Below are positions 37,642 to 46,202 of a DNA stretch of 64,000 bases, one piece after another. A model generated the notes under the pieces. That model did not search any database, was not told the DNA's origin, and was given only the letters and a program-made list of their open reading frames with translations. A program made the position numbers and the translations under genes. The stretch's first letter is position 1, and each line of letters starts with the position of its first letter. Source of the stretch: an uncultured bacterium (GTDB lineage: Bacteria; Hydrothermota; UBA3073; NMUJ01; CBEVQO01); NCBI GenBank assembly GCA_965552055.1, contig CBEVQO010000001.1:352001-416000 (forward strand), read 5' to 3'.

Positions 37642-40131
37642 TTAAGGTCTTTTCAAGAAGCGTATTATCGCTACGCCTTTTCCCCAGTGTTTCCTCTGCT
37701 CCCATATTTTCTTAAAACCATTGTTTGTCTTCATGCCCAAATATGCCCATTGGTCGTTTTCTCTTACTCGAATTGCTCCTTCTTCTTCGGGTTTAATTTT
37801 TTCACTTTGTAAAAGAATTGCCAAACTGTCTCTTTTTTTCTTACCATCTTTACCTATTAATCCTCCCACTCCATCACCACAGATACCTATCAAAACGGTA
37901 TCACCTACGGATAATGATTTTAGGTAATTGTATAAACGTTTGGCTTCACGGACTCCTTCTTCAAGGGAGTATGTATGAAATCTTTCGGTATCTATTGGAG
38001 TTCCATTTCTTATGACAACTACCCAGATGCCAGGTTCATCTTCAAAGTTTATCACATTTCCAGCTGCAAGGAACTTTATGTAGTTTCCATCTTTACTCCC
38101 TGCTGACTCTATTGCGTGGGGATATGCTGCTGAGCCGAGAGGCATTAAGCGCTTTTTATGAATTCTTAATGGGAGCCGAGTAGAGATTTTCCCTTTCTCA
38201 AAAGTAGTGTACATTGTGTCCATATAATGGCGTGTAAATTTGTCTTTTGTTACTGGCAATGTAACTCTTTCTATACCCTTATTCCTAAAAGGCTCTAAAT
38301 CGGTAGTGTAGAAAGGTTTTACATTGTTCCAATACAAATCCACATGATATCCATAATGGTTAACTGTATCAATAAGAACCTTTAATCTTATTTGTTTTCT
38401 TTTTCCATTATTATGTTTAATTAAATCCCTTAAGGATAAATCTTTTAAATTCAATAAAATTGAGGTATCTTTAATCACAATGTCTTCTTTCCAGCTCAAA
38501 TAAGGTATATCTGTTCTTATTTTTATTCTTAATTCCCCTTCTTGTGAAGGTAAAGATAAATAAGGAGAAAATAATTCTAACTCAATTATAAGCGTATCCC
38601 TGTTTATATTTTCATTTATTATGGCCCAAATTAAATTGTCTTTTACAAAATTATTTCCGTGATAACGGTTAATAAGACTTTTCTGAACGGCAAATCTATA
38701 AATAATTGAGCTTTCATGAACCCAATCATTTGAATTATCAGTAAACCATACATCTTTTTCTGCAATATTTTCCGGACCCACATTTATTAACTGCTGCAAA
38801 TTTTCTATCAAAAAGGCGTTAAGATCATCAATATTAAAAGGAATCGTTTTATCCCAAAATCCCTTAAAATATTTTCCATTAGAATTAAGCCAACCTGTAG
38901 ATTTCCACATATAATATTCAACATAATTATTAACATATTCTCGCGGAATAAAGGTATCTATGTTACAATAATATTTACTTAAATCTATAGAAGGATCCCC
39001 ATAATGCAACGCAATTATCGCGTTTGTCTCCCATGATTTTAAATCTGAGACTTTTATTAAAGGTATCTCGATTGTATCATTGCGTTTAGAAGTCCAGAAT
39101 AATATCCTCCATTCGGTTCTTACACTTAATTTCAATTTTCCTTCTTCATAATCCATTAGCAATGAAGGAAAAAATTTGATATCTGTAATTAATCCTCCAA
39201 TTATTCCTCCAATTATTCCAATGGGTAAAATTATAGGAGGTAAGTTTAATAATTTTTTATACCTTTTCCCTTGATTTTTGTATTCGAGTATACCTGTTAA
39301 GAATGACCTTGAAATAGGAGAATTAATTAGTTGAATTGTGAGAACCTTTAAAATATCCATTGAAGTGAAACCCACGATATCTTCCACTATTTCTTCAAGA
39401 GCGATTGCGATAGGCAGAGTAATAATCAATGGAAGGAAAATAGGACCATAAAAAGCAGTCAATAGCTCAGGCGTTTTTAACAAAATCACTATTGCGTCCT
39501 CAAAATCTCTATTTGATAAACAATAATATACCCAATACAATTTTAGTAATATCTCAGCGGAAGCTGTAACAGTTACATCTTCCGCTAACAACGCTTGAAG
39601 GCAATTCTCTAAAGCTGAGTATTCTACAAAATCCAATATATTATTTAAGGCAGGAGAATGTTTATAAACATACGCATCCATCATAGTTTCCATCGATTTA
39701 AATTTCTTTGCCTCTGCTTTGCTTATTCCAAGCATCGGGTATCCCACCCCTGTCTCCACAACTAACCACGGCACATAAAGGTCATATCCGTATTTATCTT
39801 GTAAAAGATGAGTAATACAACCGAGCCAAAAGCAAACACCGTTTATGTCTTTCTTTTCCCATTTAGTTCGTAAAATCTGCAAACATTTTTCCATACCATG
39901 AAATTCACCTTGATTTAAAACCTTTTGAAAGTAATCAGGTCCTATACATCCGATAACAAATAAAGCTCGATGAGTCTGTGTAAAGTTTACATTTGGAAAT
40001 TTTTCTTTTAACATCTCTTTTACAGTAGGCCAGATACAATCACCCGAATAAAGGTGTGTCGCCAAATCCATTGCCTTTATTTGTCTACAAAAAATGCTCA
40101 TAAGGAACAACATTGGATACAATTTTTTCAT
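37642..40131 (-). CDS. Secreted protein with zinc-dependent phospholipase C-like N-terminus and ILEI-like C-terminus
   Basis: Signal peptide, then ATH, GCIGPD, FH, GCITHLLQD. C-terminal SAG..DGN...FHTY...DTVLIGICGDG...WAYLGMK. Confidence 0.55.
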   Translation of the reverse strand: MKKLYPMLFLMSIFCRQIKAMDLATHLYSGDCIWPTVKEMLKEKFPNVNFTQTHRALFVIGCIGPDYFQKVLNQGEFHGMEKCLQILRTKWEKKDINGVCFWLGCITHLLQDKYGYDLYVPWLVVETGVGYPMLGISKAEAKKFKSMETMMDAYVYKHSPALNNILDFVEYSALENCLQALLAEDVTVTASAEILLKLYWVYYCLSNRDFEDAIVILLKTPELLTAFYGPIFLPLIITLPIAIALEEIVEDIVGFTSMDILKVLTIQLINSPISRSFLTGILEYKNQGKRYKKLLNLPPIILPIGIIGGIIGGLITDIKFFPSLLMDYEEGKLKLSVRTEWRILFWTSKRNDTIEIPLIKVSDLKSWETNAIIALHYGDPSIDLSKYYCNIDTFIPREYVNNYVEYYMWKSTGWLNSNGKYFKGFWDKTIPFNIDDLNAFLIENLQQLINVGPENIAEKDVWFTDNSNDWVHESSIIYRFAVQKSLINRYHGNNFVKDNLIWAIINENINRDTLIIELELFSPYLSLPSQEGELRIKIRTDIPYLSWKEDIVIKDTSILLNLKDLSLRDLIKHNNGKRKQIRLKVLIDTVNHYGYHVDLYWNNVKPFYTTDLEPFRNKGIERVTLPVTKDKFTRHYMDTMYTTFEKGKISTRLPLRIHKKRLMPLGSAAYPHAIESAGSKDGNYIKFLAAGNVINFEDEPGIWVVVIRNGTPIDTERFHTYSLEEGVREAKRLYNYLKSLSVGDTVLIGICGDGVGGLIGKDGKKKRDSLAILLQSEKIKPEEEGAIRVRENDQWAYLGMKTNNGFKKIWEQRKHWGKGVAIIRFLKRP

Positions 40132-40143
40132 GTCCCCTCCTTC

Positions 40144-41495
40144 TTAAAATTTGCAGATTTTTTGCTGAGAGACATTATTATTTCTTTTTACTTTTAAAAT
40201 ATACACTCCTCTCGATAAGTTCGATAAATTTAAAGGAAATTCTTGAACTCCTAATCCCTTTAATTGGAAACTTTCTCTCATTCTTAATCTTCCCATAATA
40301 TCATAAACTTTAACTTCAACCTCCTCGTCTCCAACAGCTATTAATTGTAGATTTATAAAATCTCTGCAAGGGTTAGGATAAGCAACAAAGTGCTCCCTGC
40401 ACGCCTCAACATCCCACACTATCCTGCCAAATATTCTATCACTTTGCCAATCGGGAGAAGTCTGTCTCTGATACACTACTAAAAATTGTCCAAATGCACC
40501 TGCCAGATTAAAATCATCCGCAATCGGAGTTATAGTATTAATATCAATAATCTTACCATTAGGAGTAAAAAGGGAACCAATTATCTTATCTCCATGTGCC
40601 CAGATTATCATAAAATGCTTATTATTATGTGCTACTATAGGCCAACAGCAATCTCCTTCGTCTAATCTAAGCGAAGTAATTCTCCCTAAATTTTCATTTA
40701 AAATTATAAGAGAAACATCTGGAATGCCTCCTCCGTATGCCACAAAAATCTTTTCTCCATTATAAGAGACACTTTGACCAAAAGTAAGCGTACCTTCATA
40801 TCTAGCTGGATTACAGGAAATTTCTATTTGCTGTGCATTCGTCAAATCTTTTGTCAATTTAACCCCCAAAAGGTCTGAATAATAATACCCAGCACATCCA
40901 TAGATTATAAAATAATAATTCTTTGTGTTTACAATATCAGGAAAACAAAAATAATATCCTGTTTTATCAAGTACCACGGGCTCTCCGAGGACTTTGCCTT
41001 CAGGCGATACCTTCACCACTCTCAACTCATCCCCTGACTCCGTCTTACAAATCCAGCACACAACAAAATTTTCACCATCGAAACAGGCAGAAGAGGGACC
41101 ATACGAATCCGTGATTAAGAAAGGAACACTATCCAACACAACGCCATTAATGGTTACTCTTACTCCGTACAACATACTTTCCTTCTTTGAAATAATACAT
41201 AAGAAAACTCCTGCTCCATAAGAGAGTGCCCATAGATAACTACTATCTGCAATTAAAATTGAAGGTTCTATTACCTCCCCTGAAGGTGTTATTAAATTCC
41301 CCCAAACACTTTTATAATAAGTTCCATTACCAAGATATTTCCATTTTACCCATGCCACAAAATAGGTATTTTCGCCAAATACCACTTTTGGACGTTCCTG
41401 CCCATAACCTTCTTCACAACCTCCAATTGTAAACTCGTCCCCCACTATTATTTTTGCTGTATCAGTGAAGAAAATTAGTGCTAAAACTACCCCAT
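40144..41495 (-). CDS. Secreted beta-rich protein with T9SS-like C-terminal domain, apparent 1-nt frameshift just after the start codon
   Basis: C-terminal YPNP...VYDIMGR...LSRGVYILK. ATG 41495 sits 5 nt after a TTGACA-N15-TAAAAT promoter. One more G in the G4 run gives MGVVLALIFFTDTAKIIVGDEF in frame. Confidence 0.7.
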
Positions 41496-41545
41496 CGTAA
41501 ATTTTAATCCAATTATTTTAATGTCAACAATCTTATCAAAATTTT

Positions 41546-41592
41546 CGCACTTTTTCATTTTACCCTTGACAGATTAAAAAATGAATTAAAAT
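41546..41592 (+). promoter_or_regulatory. moxR promoter with conserved upstream element
   Basis: CGCACTTTTTCATTTTACCC-TTGACA-N15-TAAAAT, ATG 41599. Confidence 0.7.
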
Positions 41593-41598
41593 AAGAGT

Positions 41599-42591
41599 AT
41601 GAAAGATATTGAACTTGTTGATAAAATCAAAGAAGCAAAGCAAAAGTTACTTTCGGAGATTCATAAAGTCATAGTTGGTCAGGATGAAGTTATCGAGCAG
41701 ATACTTATTTCACTTCTGGCAGAAGGTCATGCTTTAATCGTTGGAGTACCGGGTCTTGCCAAAACTTTAATGGTTAATACACTTTCAAAACTACTTTCTT
41801 TATCATTTAACAGAATTCAATTTACTCCCGACCTTATGCCACTCGACATAATAGGCACAGACATAATTCAGGAAGACCCAAAAACAGGCAGGCGTTATTT
41901 CGTATTTGTAAAAGGTCCGATTTTCGCAAATATAATTCTGGCTGATGAGATAAACAGAGCGCCACCAAAGACACAATCAGCATTATTACAGGCAATGCAG
42001 GAATACAGGGTCACAGTCGGTGGCAAAACTTATGAACTGGAGAGACCTTTTTTCGTACTCGCTACACAAAATCCAATAGAGCAGGAAGGAACATATCCAC
42101 TGCCAGAGGCACAAATCGACCGCTTCATGTTCGAAATTAGAATAACTTACCCTTCTTTTGAAGAAGAGGTAAAAATAGTTGAGGAAACCACAAGCAATTA
42201 TAATCCCGATGTAAAAAGTGTTATGACAAAAGAAGAATTATTGGAGTTGCAGGCACTTATTCGCAGAGTACCTGTATCTGATGAGGTTTTGAAAGCAGCT
42301 GTAAGATTAACATGGCTAACAAGACCGGTTGATGATAGTGTCCCTGAATACATTAAAAAATGGGTGAAATGGGGAGCATCACCAAGAGCTTCTCAATACT
42401 TAATCCTTGGAGCAAAAGCAAGATGTCTGCTTCAAGGAAGATTAACACCATCTTTTGAAGATATAGAATATGTGGCTTTGCCTGTTTTGAGACACAGAAT
42501 TATTACAAATTTCGTCGCAGATGCAGAAGGTATAACATCAGAAGACATAATCAGAAAATTGTTAAAAGATAAGAAATGGCAGAAAATTTAA
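41599..42591 (+). CDS. moxR: MoxR family AAA+ ATPase
   Basis: [51 protein letters not shown]. Confidence 0.93.
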   Translation: MKDIELVDKIKEAKQKLLSEIHKVIVGQDEVIEQILISLLAEGHALIVGVPGLAKTLMVNTLSKLLSLSFNRIQFTPDLMPLDIIGTDIIQEDPKTGRRYFVFVKGPIFANIILADEINRAPPKTQSALLQAMQEYRVTVGGKTYELERPFFVLATQNPIEQEGTYPLPEAQIDRFMFEIRITYPSFEEEVKIVEETTSNYNPDVKSVMTKEELLELQALIRRVPVSDEVLKAAVRLTWLTRPVDDSVPEYIKKWVKWGASPRASQYLILGAKARCLLQGRLTPSFEDIEYVALPVLRHRIITNFVADAEGITSEDIIRKLLKDKKWQKI

Positions 42592-42927
42592 TTATTCTAT
42601 CCATATTTTTACTTTTGCGTCTTCTGTTTCAACATTTACGATGTCACCTTCTATTTTATCCAGTTCATCAAGATGTTTTATTATTTCATGGATGTTAACT
42701 CCGCCTGCCTGTTGTGGAATGAGAGAAGTGGATAATAAAATCTTTGCAGCAGATAGTGGTATCCTTACATTTACTTTTGTGCCTTCTTCATCTTCAACTT
42801 CTATCCTGAATATCTTTCCTTTCTTTTTCTCTTCTTTTACCTCTATCTCTTTAAGAAGTTTTTCTGCCTGCTCTACTTCCATTTTGCCGTCTCTTACCAT
42901 TTCAAGTATTTTTTTAATATCTTCCAT
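42592..42927 (-). CDS. Small protein with SHOCT-like N-terminus (DUF2089-operon associated)
   Basis: KILEMVRDGKM..EQAEKLL, KVNVRIPL, KVKIWIE. Confidence 0.7.
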   Translation of the reverse strand: MEDIKKILEMVRDGKMEVEQAEKLLKEIEVKEEKKKGKIFRIEVEDEEGTKVNVRIPLSAAKILLSTSLIPQQAGGVNIHEIIKHLDELDKIEGDIVNVETEDAKVKIWIE

Positions 42928-42935
42928 ATTCCCTC

Positions 42936-43361
42936 CTATATTCTTATGTCAACAACTTCTTCTTTTGTTTCAACTTTTATTTCTGTTCCAAATGCAAAAG
43001 GTATTTTGCGGAACCTTTTTGTAAATTTGCAAAAAAGAATTAAAACGAATGTAAGGAAGCGTGGCACCACTATCTTGAAATCAAAATCAGATGTCCTTAC
43101 ATCTATCCATGAGAAAAATACTTTTGAGGGATGTAAAATTGTACTTTCCCATAAGATATAAAGCAGAAAATAAAATGAAGAAAGACCATAAAACCACGGC
43201 CTTGGAAAAAGAAAATAAGAAATCAAAACATTGATGAGAAAGAAGAAAATAACAACAATTCTCAAATATTTCTTAAACTTTGAGATATACAGGCAGCATA
43301 ATAAAATGTAGATTAAAAGGGTGAAAGCAAATAATATGGATAAAAGGATTTTACAGATCAT
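42936..43361 (-). CDS. Hypothetical membrane protein
   Basis: Hydrophobic segments, overlaps the upstream gene. Confidence 0.6.
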   Translation of the reverse strand: MICKILLSILFAFTLLIYILLCCLYISKFKKYLRIVVIFFFLINVLISYFLFPRPWFYGLSSFYFLLYILWESTILHPSKVFFSWIDVRTSDFDFKIVVPRFLTFVLILFCKFTKRFRKIPFAFGTEIKVETKEEVVDIRI

Positions 43362-43720
43362 TTTAACTTTTTAAATAACTCGAGCAACTTTTCAAAAGTT
43401 ATTTCACCACGCTCGAACATAGAAAGCGCTTCTTTTCGCTTCTCCGCTTTTTCGTTTTCATCACTAACTTCATATCCCATCTCCTCAATTGCCTGCTTTA
43501 TCAGACTTTTTGCTTTGGGATAGGAAATGCCGAGTTCTTCACATACAGCACTTATGTTACCTTCTTTCAGTAAAAATACTTCGAGAAATTTCAGCGTCTC
43601 ATCCGATAATCTCAAAATCCTACTCTGCTCGAACCTGCCAATTATTCTTGTGCCACATCGCTTGCACTCATACTCCCTCACCACAAGCTCACCACCACAC
43701 GAAGGACACTTCCTGACCAT
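43358..43720 (-). CDS. DUF2089 family protein (zinc ribbon + HTH, putative regulator)
   Basis: CPSCGG...CKRCGT.I.GRF, FL..EGNIS...ELGISYP. Confidence 0.85.
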   Translation of the reverse strand: MVRKCPSCGGELVVREYECKRCGTRIIGRFEQSRILRLSDETLKFLEVFLLKEGNISAVCEELGISYPKAKSLIKQAIEEMGYEVSDENEKAEKRKEALSMFERGEITFEKLLELFKKLK

Positions 43721-43730
43721 CAAATTATTA

Positions 43731-43835
43731 TATCAAAAATTTTAATTTGTCAATAAAAAATTTTAATTTTTATGTTAAAAATTTTAAAAAATTTGTTAAA
43801 AAATTTAAAATTCATGTTAAAAATTTTAAAATACA
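43731..43835. repeat. Five 21-bp AT-rich tandem units overlapping the DUF2089 promoter
   Basis: Units start at 43731, 43752, 43773, 43794, 43815 with core AAAAA(T/A)TTTAA. Minus-strand TTGACA 43753-43748, TATAAT 43732-43727. Confidence 0.6.
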
Positions 43836-44004
43836 TATTTTTTTAATTTTTCGGGCAGAATACACACTACCTTTTATCCAGTTGAATTATATCCTTTTTA
43901 GAATTAGTTGCTCTAGTGAAAAATTCTTTTTGTGTCATCTGGTAATACAACTATTGTTACTTTTCCCATCATAATATTGTAATAAAAATAAGAAGATGTA
44001 AAGG

Positions 44005-44089
44005 GTAAAATTTAATGCGAGCGTAAGAGAGCCTATCACCAATGGGTTGTGAGGAGGGTGGTGGGGACAGGGAGGTGGGGCTAACAATT
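44005..44089. repeat. GC-rich dispersed element (short copy)
   Basis: GTAAAATTTAATGCGAGCGTAAGAGAGC...ATGGGTTG...GGTGGGGACAGGGAGGTGGGGCTAA matches 33293-33472 in reverse. Confidence 0.6.
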
Positions 44090-44832
44090 TATTTTTTAAA
44101 GTAATTTATTGCATTTTGGAATATTTTAAGTCCTGTTTGATTGTAGATTTTTCTTTTATCCGGGTGATGGTATGGTGTCAGGAAGCGCTCTGGGTGTGGC
44201 ATCATTCCCAATATTCTTCCTGTTTTATCGCATATACCTGCTATTGCTTCTGATGAGCCGTTTGGATTTAAGGGATATTTCATCGTCGGTGTGCCTTTCT
44301 CATCAACATATTGAAAAACAATTTCATCCTCTCTTTTCAATTTCTCGATATAATCATTGTCTCCCACAAATCTTCCTTCTGCATGTGCAACTGGCAAATC
44401 GATAAATTCTATTCCTTCTGTAAAGATGCATTTCTTTGAAGATACTTTTAGATGCACCCATCTTGCTTCGAAATGACATGATTTATTCATAACAAGGCTG
44501 ACCCTGTAATCACCGAGTAATCCGCATTTTACAAGTACCTGAAAGCCATTGCATATACCTATAATCAAATTGCCTCTTTCAACGAAATCAAGTATTTCAT
44601 CTTTCAAATATTTTTCTATAAGCAATGCAAGGATTTTACCGCTCGCTATGTCATCACCATAAGTGAAGCCCCCGGGGAAAGATATAATTTGGTGCTCTTT
44701 TATCAGATTTTTATTTTTTATGAGTTCTGTAATCAGGATTTCTCTTACTTTTGCTCCACACAATTCAAAAGCGTGTTTTGTTTCTTTATCGCAGTTTGTA
44801 CCCGGTGCAAGTATCTGGAGTACTTTTATCAC
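44089..44832 (-). CDS. purQ: Phosphoribosylformylglycinamidine synthase glutaminase subunit
   Basis: PGTNCD, PGGFTYGD, GICNGFQVL, AHAEG, NPNGS, MMPHPER. Confidence 0.95.
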   Translation of the reverse strand: MIKVLQILAPGTNCDKETKHAFELCGAKVREILITELIKNKNLIKEHQIISFPGGFTYGDDIASGKILALLIEKYLKDEILDFVERGNLIIGICNGFQVLVKCGLLGDYRVSLVMNKSCHFEARWVHLKVSSKKCIFTEGIEFIDLPVAHAEGRFVGDNDYIEKLKREDEIVFQYVDEKGTPTMKYPLNPNGSSEAIAGICDKTGRILGMMPHPERFLTPYHHPDKRKIYNQTGLKIFQNAINYFKK

Positions 44833-44836
44833 TTTA

Positions 44837-44897
44837 ATTATAATTCTCTGATGGATATGTCAATAATTCTTGACATCGAGATAATTTGGTTTATAAT
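44837..44897. promoter_or_regulatory. Back-to-back divergent promoters
   Basis: Minus TTGACA 44863-44858 N15 TATAAT 44842-44837; plus TTGACA 44870-44875 N16 TATAAT 44892-44897. Confidence 0.7.
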
Positions 44898-44905
44898 TTA
44901 ATGAT

Positions 44906-45172
44906 ATGATTATGCACAGGAGAAGGTCGCTTTCCTTTGCGCGTTCGAGTTTTATTCTGGGTGTATTAACTTATGTATTTTGCTGGTGCTTCATTGGAAT
45001 TATATTAGGAGTGATTGGATATGTTCATGGTAAAATAGCTTTGCAAATGATGGAAAGAGAAGGTAATGTGCAATCCAACAAATGGCTTGCAGAATCAGGC
45101 AAGTTATTGAGCATTATCGGGGTTGTGGTTAGTGTTATTGTTTCAATTTTAGTGATAGTTTTGGGTAAATAA
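44906..45172 (+). CDS. DUF4190-like small membrane protein
   Basis: ARSSFILGVL...GIILGVIGYVHGKIAL...LAESGKLLSIIG. Confidence 0.7.
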   Translation: MIMHRRRSLSFARSSFILGVLTYVFCWCFIGIILGVIGYVHGKIALQMMEREGNVQSNKWLAESGKLLSIIGVVVSVIVSILVIVLGK

Positions 45173-45179
45173 ATGGGGC

Positions 45180-45476
45180 GTGAAATATAGTGGAAATGAA
45201 TATTTTGAAGCATTAAAAAATTTCTTTGCTGAATATAAAGAGCATAAAGCTGCTCCACCTTCTTTCATCTGGCGGTTAAAAGGAGATGTACGAGAAAAGC
45301 ATGGACAAAGGAATTATACTCACAAAAGGATATCAATTCGTATCTCGAGAAATGTATAAAAGATGAAGAGAAAAATAGGATTTTATCTTGTAAGATTCAC
45401 CATTGAGCAACTTGAATATTATAAAGAAAACAGAGATAAATACCTGCACTGGAGGAAGCTGTCAGAGAAGAAATAA
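45180..45476 (+). pseudogene. Decayed gene remnant (possibly DUF4932-like)
   Basis: Broken frames with YFEALKNFFAEYKEHKA and GFYLVRFTIEQLEYYKENRDKY. Confidence 0.3.
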
Positions 45477-45518
45477 AAAACACCCTTGACATTGAAAGAA
45501 ATTGATTTAAATTACAAG

Positions 45519-45872
45519 ATGAAGAGAAGTTCTACATACATTCTTGATGAATTCTTAAGGAAGAGAAGGGAGGAAAATGAGAAAGAGAGAAAAAGGATAT
45601 TATTGAAAGTTAAAGAAACTCTTATAAAGATTAGAAATAAGTATGGCATTGAAGGGGCATTTGTTTTGGGTTCGTTGATAAAGCCTTATAGATGGGGTAA
45701 ATTTTCGGATGTTGACATTGCAGTGGAAGGTGCTTCAAAATATATTCTTGATATAATGAAGGAGATTGAGGATGTTACGAATTGTTCTGTTGATGTGATA
45801 GACCTTGACCGCCATCCTTTAAAGGATTACATAAAAAGGAAAGGGTTAAAAATTTATGGAAGAGAGGATTAA
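45519..45872 (+). CDS. MNT (minimal nucleotidyltransferase) antitoxin-like protein
   Basis: GSLIKPYRWGKFSDVDIAV (GS-x10-DxD), VDVIDL. ATG 45519 follows TTGACA-N16-TAAATT. Confidence 0.85.
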   Translation: MKRSSTYILDEFLRKRREENEKERKRILLKVKETLIKIRNKYGIEGAFVLGSLIKPYRWGKFSDVDIAVEGASKYILDIMKEIEDVTNCSVDVIDLDRHPLKDYIKRKGLKIYGRED

Positions 45873-46125
45873 TATATTAAAAGCCGATATAGAAGAGCAG
45901 TTAAAGATTATAGACAGGATTTATGCCAAGATTCAGAAAAGGAAAACACATTTTAAAGAAAGTGAAGAAAATTTGGAAAGCATGGCGTTGCAGATTCACA
46001 ATTTTTATTGTGCTGTTGATATTGAAATAGACCCTGAACGCCTTGAAATAATCTTAAATTTCACAGAAAAAGCTTATCCTGAGTTGAAGAAGGATATAGA
46101 GGAGTTTATGGGAAAGTTGGGGTGA
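45856..46125 (+). pseudogene. HEPN (HepT-like) toxin with internal in-frame deletion
   Basis: ESMALQIHNFYCAV joined directly to DIEIDPERL. No R-x4-6-H motif. 89 aa. Confidence 0.65.
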
Positions 46126-46148
46126 ATGAAGATACGGGCTATCCTGCG

Positions 46149-46196
46149 TCCACTTTTTTCATTTTACCCTTGACTTTTTTGATTTATGAGTAAAAA
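46149..46196 (+). promoter_or_regulatory. uvrB promoter with conserved upstream element
   Basis: 46149-46179 identical to 6408-6438. TTGACT-N15-TAAAAA, GTG 46203. Confidence 0.7.
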
Positions 46197-46202
46197 TTAA
46201 AT

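Noticed and set aside
43747..43974. 75-aa ORF with VKNFK repeats
   Set aside because: Translation of the 21-bp AT-rich array, antisense to a promoter region
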